Part shown: in pieces, positions 54,801 through 63,800 of the stretch
Layout: every line of letters starts with the position of its first letter
How positions within the stretch are numbered: the stretch's first letter is position 1
Source of the DNA: Schmidtea polychroa
Lineage: Eukaryota
Length of the DNA stretch: 64,000 nt
Direction of reading: 5' to 3'
NCBI GenBank assembly: GCA_044892525.1
Contig: CM097888.1
Span: 46,190,001-46,254,000 of the forward strand
The notes under the pieces: model-generated
The model's database searches: none
Told to the model about the DNA's origin: nothing
What the model saw: the letters and a program-made list of their open reading frames with translations, nothing else
Translations under genes and position numbers: made by a program

Positions 54801-57800
54801 TGGGAAATCCGGAAAGGAATCTTCGTAGAAACAGACATTGGTGAGACAGAAAGTGAATCGGAGGAAGAAGAAGAGGAACCTCCAGAATATGAAGAGGAAG
54901 CAAGGGGACAGACATCAGATGACGAAAGCGAGACGGATGTCACATCAGAAAGCGAAAATGAAGCGAGACATATTCATGCAATGAGGAAAAAGGAACGTGA
55001 ATATGCTGATATGGACGGCGAGGAAGCGACGGAAGCAAGAGAACGAGAAGAGAAAGAAAGATATAAACAATTAGGCGATATCTTAGCAATGGGAGCGAAA
55101 AATCAAAAACGCCAAGTAGTAGCGTTGGCTAACATCATCTTAAAGACATCAGAGAACATCCACAATCTGAGAGGAATGGCAAAGGCAATAGAGGAATACC
55201 GGCAATATAATGAATGGTATCCAGAACAGCTAGAACAAATTATTCGAAAATGGAGAAATCAGGAATGGGCACAAGACACTCAGGAGAGGAATCACATCCG
55301 AATCAAGTATCCGGACAAGAGCATCGAGGAACTAGAGGTGCATCCAACAACAAAGATTAGAGAATTAAAAAAGAAATTAGCATATGAAACTCCATTCCAT
55401 CTGCAACTGTTCGGAAAATCACTAGACGATAATGCAGACGTCGGAATAACACCCATGAGATTGGAAGAGACAAATGTGTTAACAATGGCAGAAACGTTGG
55501 GAAAGCCGTTAAAAAGGAAAAGTAAAATTACTAAACCAACAAAAAGCAGTTTGAGTACTCCAAGTCCGAACAAAGCACCAAGTAAATCTAATGAAACTGA
55601 AGAAGTTGAAGAGATAATCCTGGAAGATAGTGACGATGAACCAGGAGAAAGATCACCGCTATTAGTAAGATGGCCGACAGGAGCCGAAATGTGGACTAAT
55701 AACCAGCCATCAACGAGTTATCAACAACCAACGAAACTAAACATCAAAGAAATCATCGACAACACTACGGAAACCGAAACGGATGAACAATTCCAGAAGC
55801 AAAGAGAACCAACGAAAGTAACACCAGAAGGTCAAACCGATAAAATAATAGATGAATGGAATGAGTGGCTAAGAAATAACGATAGCTCATTACCCAGAAC
55901 GGATAACGAAAGAAATCCGAATTACGAAAATACCAGAGAAGCCGGAACGATGATGGAAAAACGGGCAAAAGGAAGACCTAAGAAACAAGGAGAAAAGTCT
56001 GAGTTCAAAACCAAAGAACAATTAAAGCAAGAACAAGGGCAAGTTCGATTAGAAAAATTGGATAAAATAGTATGGGATCTAAAGGAAGCCCAACCAACGA
56101 TCGAAAGAGGAGAAAAATGGATACGAGAATTGATCAAAGATATGTTAATAATAACAAACCCACAACTTAGACGTTTGTGGCAACGGAAAGTAGCCAGTAC
56201 GGAAGCTAGACAATTATGGCACATCGTTTCGGGGATAATCCCAAAGTTAATCAAAGAGAAAACGAAAACCACCAAAACGGATTGGGATGAAACGAAGAGA
56301 GTGATTGCACAACTCACGACAAATGCAAATGATGACGAACATCATCTAGTGGTAATCACGTATTTGATGTATAATTTGATGGGACTAGCTGCGAGGAAAA
56401 TACCAAATAAACAGTTTGCAAATCATGTGGAAATGACCGTTTCAATCATAGAAAATACTATTGAACCACATATTATTCGTGCCGGAGGATGGAAAAGACT
56501 GATACAAGCGCCACGAAAAAATGAGCAAGAAAGGTCGATGCAAGTTAGATTGAAAAAACTGTTAAATGAACTAGAATGGGAACTACCGATGAAAGATCCC
56601 GCAAGCAGAAAAGCATCAATAAATTCGTTAATGATGACTATGATGATATGGATGTTGTGCACAAGTGGAGCAACGGGTTTTACCATCTACGATTGTGATA
56701 ATATGATAATGAGAGATATATACTCATTGAGAGACATAGAAGAATGCAGACAAGCATCACCCAACAAATTAGACATAGTAAGAACAAAAGTTACTTACCA
56801 TGTATATCAGGAATCAGATTTCATCAGAACGCAAGCAAGGGAATGCGTGGTATCAAAAAAGGTACTCGCATATTACTGTGGACAATATTCGTATTCGACT
56901 CTTATACTACCCGGCCTGGACAAAGAAATCGTATCAATACAACGAGAGGACTGTAAAGAGCTATTTAGAACCGGAGCGTTAAAAATGCATAACGGAGTGA
57001 CGATTCACGGACAAACTGGAATGATTAAAACCGAAAGTGTTTACGTATCCGGAAAAGTAAAATCATCAGATGGGTCATGTAACGGAGGTACGTATACGAT
57101 CCGAGGCGAGGTAATATCGGGAGTAGTAGTGATCGAGTCTTATACGGTTGAATTAAAAGAATACGAAGCGCAATTTGACGCAAATAATTACCAAATGAAG
57201 ACCAACCCAGCGTGTAGGGCTACAGAAAACGTATGCAGGACAGGAGTATCAACTATAATCTATGAAGCTAATACCCAAAAATGCCGACTCCAACTGTTAA
57301 AAAGTGCCTTGTTCAATGAAGTAAAAGGAGAAATATATGAGAACGAGAACGACGAGGATGGAAACGACAGGGTGAGAATGCGAAATGGAAAACCAATGCC
57401 ACCATCTCCCAGAGAAAAGAGACTTTCAACGCAGAAGACACCAACAGCATTAATCACAGACGATCCAGATCTAGGTATGAGATTTATCAAAGAGAAAGAA
57501 ACCACCAAATGTGACAGTATAGTATATAAAACCAATTACGCAGGCATCTATATGTCGAGACAAATAATCGATAGAGCAGTGGGAAAGATAGCAACGGAGG
57601 ACGTAAAACTATACTTATATGCAAATAATAAAATGGATTTTCTATTTCATCGCGGACAAACGACCTTGCAAAAAGTATATTACGATCTGATACAAAACGA
57701 TTGTTCATTGAATAAAGAAATATTGAAAACAAAGCTAGCTATTGCGATAACGCACCCAGATAACACGATGCCATCACTCCCATTACCGGATGGACATTTT

Positions 57801-60800
57801 GGTAGAATGGTAGGAGAAGTAATGTACACATACCAGTGTACCAAGACGTATGCACGAATGCCAGAAAAATCTATACTACCCGAAAAGAGATGTGCAAATG
57901 AATTAGAAATCCGTTATAAAGGACAAAATCGATTCGTCCAACCAGTCACTAGAATTATGAATCCAGTGGGTTTCTACCCAAATCTCTTTAACTGTTCTAA
58001 TGCATACGGACCTTTGTATGAAAGGCCCGATGGGAAATGGATGATGTTACCGGGAAAAACCATATCCGAGGAGCCCAAGAAATTTGGATTAATAGAACTC
58101 GCCACAGAGCTGGATTTCAAACCTATAGACGTGTCAAACGGTGGTATGTATTCCCCAGAAGATCTAGAAACAGCACGACTTAACGTACTCTTCCCAGCCA
58201 GACGAGAATCCATTTTGTCAAATATGGTTACAATAACGGGGGGAACAAATTATCAATCAGGCCCGAATTACGAACTGCTACTATCGCCAGACCATTTTCA
58301 ACAAGCCACGTCAAACATGATGAAAGCAATGTGGGGAAGATTCTTAGTTTTTGGACAAATGATGGCCGGGATATTAGGGATCATACTCATAATTCAGATA
58401 GTCAGGGTAATATTAACACAAATGTTAGCTTGTTTTGATATATACAAGCGGGAAAAGAAAGTAAATTGGAAAATGATAGTAGGCTTTCTACCATTTTTAG
58501 CAAAAACCATGGTATTACATGGTCACTCAAAAGACATTCATCGGATAAAGCGATTGATTAAAATATTAACAAAGATTAAAGGAACCGACGAAGAAGTAGG
58601 CAGACGATTCCGGAAAGTAATGTACGATGAAGCAACAAGACGACAATTGAAAAAGAATAAGCCAAAATTCTTGGACCGATTTAGAAGCCAATCATCTAAC
58701 AGCGATAGTGACGACGATGATAACGGGAACGACAAATGTCTATATCCAAACAGAAACCCAAACGAAAAACCAATGGAAACGGCACCATATTGGGAAAAGG
58801 AAAAGACAAATACCTGGATCGCCAATGGAAGCTACATACCACCGGATATCGTGGGACCACAAGCAGCTTTGACCATGACACAAAATATGTATCCGCAATT
58901 ACCAAGTCAACCCGGTATGCATTATATGCCAACACGACGTACCAAAAGTGTAGATCAAGCAGATGACGTAAGAACAATAGCAGCGATGAGTCTACCTGGA
59001 GGTCCAGCAGTAACAGTTATGATTCGAATCAATGGTAAAGAAACCAATGCTATGATAGACACCGGAGTTAATGTATCAGCGATAGCGATTAATCAAATCC
59101 CCAGTAAACACTGGAAAGATATCGAATCAACAACAATTCACATCATAGCATGTAGTAAAGAAACAGTGGACGTGGTCGGAAGATGGTGGACTACTTTGAG
59201 ATACCAGGACAACGAAATTGAAACGTATTTGGCAGTAATACCAAAACTTAGCGTACCATGCATAATCGGAACGGATTTGATGCCAGAATTGTTAAAAGAA
59301 GTCGTAATTGACTTAACAACCATGTGTTTAAAAGACAAAACCGGTAGAATATGCAAAATGAATGCAGTCATCAGATGTCCAGAAAAAATAATAGTACCAG
59401 CAAAATCGCAGATGATTTGTCAGATAAAAGTGGATACGGGTATGGAAGGAGAAGTTATCTTTGAACCAAGCAAGTCATTTGAAAAGCGACGAGAATTACC
59501 ACTCGCAAGAGAAATAATCACAATAAACCAAGAAGGAGTGATACCGCTCAACATCACGAATTTCGAAGAGGAAGACAAAATCATTTATGAGAACGAAAAA
59601 TTGGGAAGATTGACCCCAATGATGGACATAGAATTACCGAAAATGACCAACGAGATGAGCAAAGATGATGAATTATGGACAATAGATAGTATGTTGTTGA
59701 CGAATGATGAAAAGAAAAAATTGCACCGATTGTTGGTAGAATATAAAGATATATTCGCCATCTCAGATTTAGACTTGGGTACATGCGATGTTACCCTACA
59801 TGCAATACCCCTCATAGATGAAACTCCAATTGCATTAAGACCATACAAGCTAGCAGAAATGCAAAAAGAAATAGCCGAAGCAGAAGTACAAAAGATGCTG
59901 GACGCAAAAGTAATCGAACCGAGTTGCTCACCCTGGCAATTCCCAGTGGTCATGGTAAAAAAGAAAGATGGCACCCAACGATTCTGTATCGATTATCGGA
60001 AGTTAAACGCAGTAACCAAGAGAGATACCTATCCATTGCCGGACATCAATGAGATGTTATTGATGTTGCAAGGGGCAGCATATTTTACTTCTTTAGATCT
60101 TAAAAGTGGATACTGGCAAATTAAAGTCAAAGATGAGGACAAAGAGAAAACAGCTTTCACGTTGGGACGAGATCTATATCAATTCAGGAAAATGCCATTC
60201 GGACTAACCAACGCACCAGCATCATTTCAACGATGTATGAACTTTGTCACTCATGGAATCAAACAATGTATGGTATATATTGATGATTTACTAATCTATT
60301 CAGCGACATTTGAACAACATCTGGAAGATATCCGAAACGTATTTATTAGATTAAGACAGTGGAAACTCAAACTCAAACCATCAAAATGCGATTGGGCAAA
60401 GGAAAAAGTCACGTTTTTGGGACACATAGTGTCAGCTAAAGGAAAGGAGCCAGATCCAAGAAACATTGAGAAAATAAAAACATGTCCAGCACCGAAAACT
60501 GTCACCCAAGTTCAGGAATTTCTAGGATTATGCGGATACTATCGCAAATTTATCAAAAATTATGCAGGAATTGCAAAACCAATCCAGGAATTAGTAAAGA
60601 AGGACATTTCGTTCATTTGGGGGAAGGAACAACAAGAGGCGTTTGAAACGCTGAGAGATAAACTAATCGAAGCACCTATCCTCGTACACCCAGATTTTAA
60701 GAAGCCATTTCTATTGGCAACGGATGCAAGCGGGTACGCGGCAGGCGCGATTCTGGGACAATTAGACGATGAAGGAAAAGAGAGAGTAATCGGGTATTAC

Positions 60801-63800
60801 AGTCGAACATTCAAAAAGCACGAAAAGAACTATTCGGTAACAGAACGAGAAGCATTGGCTATAATACAAGCTATCAAACACTTCCGATACTTACTATGGG
60901 GACATGAGATATGTATAACCACAGATCATCAACCATTAGTGTGGTTATGGCAACATAAAGAAGCGTCCAGTAGACTGATGAGATGGGCCATGCAATTGCA
61001 AGAATACTCCCCATTTATAAAATTCAAAGCGGGAAGAGCAAATGCCAACGCCGATTGTATGTCAAGATTTATTTTTCCAGATTTGGTAGATTCAGAAATG
61101 CAAAGCATATGCTTAATAGTAGCGGAAGATTTGGATTTCTGTCAATTGCGAAAGGACCAACAAGAGGACGCGGAATTAAAACAAATTATCGATTATGTAA
61201 AAACCGGAAAGACAGATGTATATGCGAAAGACCAAAAATTAAAAGAACATATGGATAAACACCAACACCGATATATTATAGAGAAAGATTGGTTGCTGAT
61301 AATGGATGGGGAAAAACGATTAATGTGTATACCGGAAAACCGACGAAAAGAGTTGTTAACGCAATATCACGATGGGAGATTGGGAGGACATATGTCATCG
61401 AAAAAGACGTTAGCAAGAATGAAACAGAAATATTTTTGGCCTACGTTAACCGAAGACGTAACCGAATGGGTAAAAAATTGCCTAACTTGTGCGACCAGGA
61501 AAAATACTGGATCGAAATGGAAAGCACCTTTGACGCCAATGCCGGTACCAATAGAGCCGATGACGATGATATCCATGGACGTAGTTGGTCCACTACCAGA
61601 GTCAGATAAAGGAAATATTTACATTTTAGTGATTACCGACTTTCTCACGAAATTTCCAGAAGCATTCGCGATGCCAGACCAAAAAGCTAAAACAATCGCA
61701 AAAATTTTGGTAGAAGAGATATGTTGCCGATATGGAACACCAAAACAGATATTAACCGATCAGGGAACTAATTTTATGAGTGAGATAATGAGCGAAGTAA
61801 CGAACTATTTCAAAATCGCAAAATTGAGAACAGCACCGTATCATCCTCAAACCAATGGGATGACGGAAAGATTTAATGGAACACTTATACAAATGTTATC
61901 AAACTACGTCGACCGTCACCAACGAGATTGGGACGAATATATAAACCTATGTCTTATGGCGTACAGAATGTCGATTCACGCATCAACGAAAATGAGCCCA
62001 TTCAAATTAATGTACGGAAGAGAATGTAATATGCCAATGGACCTGGAATACCAACCACCGATATCGCAGTATATGGAGATCGATGATTATGTTACGAAAT
62101 TCAAGGAAAGAATGCAAGAAATTTGGGAAACTGCGAAATTAAATATCAAGTTCTACCAGGAAAGTTATAAAGATTTACACGATCGAAAGAAAAACGTGAA
62201 GCAACATACGTTTCAAACAGGTGATTGGGTAATGATAGAAACCCCGGAATTAATTCCAGGAACCACAAAAAAGTTACAACGCAACGGAAAAGGACCATAT
62301 GAGATCTTATTCGTAGGCGAAACCAATGTAAGAGTGAAATTGGTAAATAATCCATTCACCAGGCCAATATACGTAAACGTGGCACGATGTAAATCAATTC
62401 CAAAAACCGCCACCAGTCAACCGGAAGGTCGAACATTAACCACACGTTCGCAAACCTACAAAATGAACATGATGCAACAACTCGCAGAACCGATCACTGG
62501 ACGATTGGTCATACAACCATCGGAAGCGGAAAAAATCGTACGAGAGGTAAAGACAAAATTACCCGGATGGGCAAAAGATCGATTAGATTTCGAAATATTA
62601 GGAGGATTATTGACGATGATCGAAAACTATGCAAATAGAGAAAGGACACACCCATTATTGCGAGTAGTCAAAAGCCAATGGCCAATATTATTCACAATAA
62701 CAGATCATTATGGAGACACACCATTACACAAACTCATGAAAGTAGGTAACAACGAGCAAATACTGGAAACAATAGAAGCATTTCACGACTGCAAGCGATC
62801 AACAGAACAAGAAAACAACCAAGGTTACACACCATTAATGATAGCAGCAAACAGAGGCAAAACAAAAGACATCATAACCGCATTACTTGATACTGGATCA
62901 AAAATAACTACACAAGATCGCGAGCGGAAAAACGCACTACATCATGCTATCGAAGGGAAAAGTACCGAAGCGTTCACATCGTTGATGGAGTTACTATCAT
63001 ATGAGGACAATCAAGAAGTTGGAAACATGTATGATGGATTATTAACAGCGATCAAAGAGAAACTGACAACAATTACAGGAGTATTAATCACTTGGAGAAA
63101 CCCAATTAGAAATAATTATATGATCAACGTAAACGAAGCATTCACGAAAGGGGAGAACACGCTTATGAGAGAAGCTATGAAAGGACATCATTTATTCGAA
63201 ATCCCGAATCAATTGTTAGAACGAGGGATAACATTCACAAATCATAAGGATGAGCAGTTATTAAAAAAGCGAATAGACGCATTCGAAAAATCAATATTCC
63301 AATTTACTAACCAAGTACGGAATAAATATTGGGAAACGGTAAGTGTGTTATATATGATGGACACAATGAATAACATCCGCGAGAATTACCTGGATATTAT
63401 CCAAATACTTACAGCAGAGGAACGAATCAATAATCCAAACGGAAAGAAAACGAAAATAAGGTATGGGAAATCAAGGGAACCAAAGTCGACAACGAACCAA
63501 ACGGTCACAAACAACGTCATCGAAACCAAATCAATGAGTATAGATCAAGAGGCAATAATACGCAAAGCAAAAGAAGTATTCTTCGAGGAAACGCTAGAGC
63601 TGTCAGACGAAATAATATTGTCAAAAATAATAAAAGCCGTACACACATACGCAAGAGATCAAACCACGGGTTTAGATATCGGGAAAATCAAAACCTTCTT
63701 GCCTCGAGCATTTACGATGGTGACGAAAGATTCAAGAACACCATTACAACAAGCAATACTAGCTGCAAAAGAGAATAGAGCAATAACGATCATAAGAATC

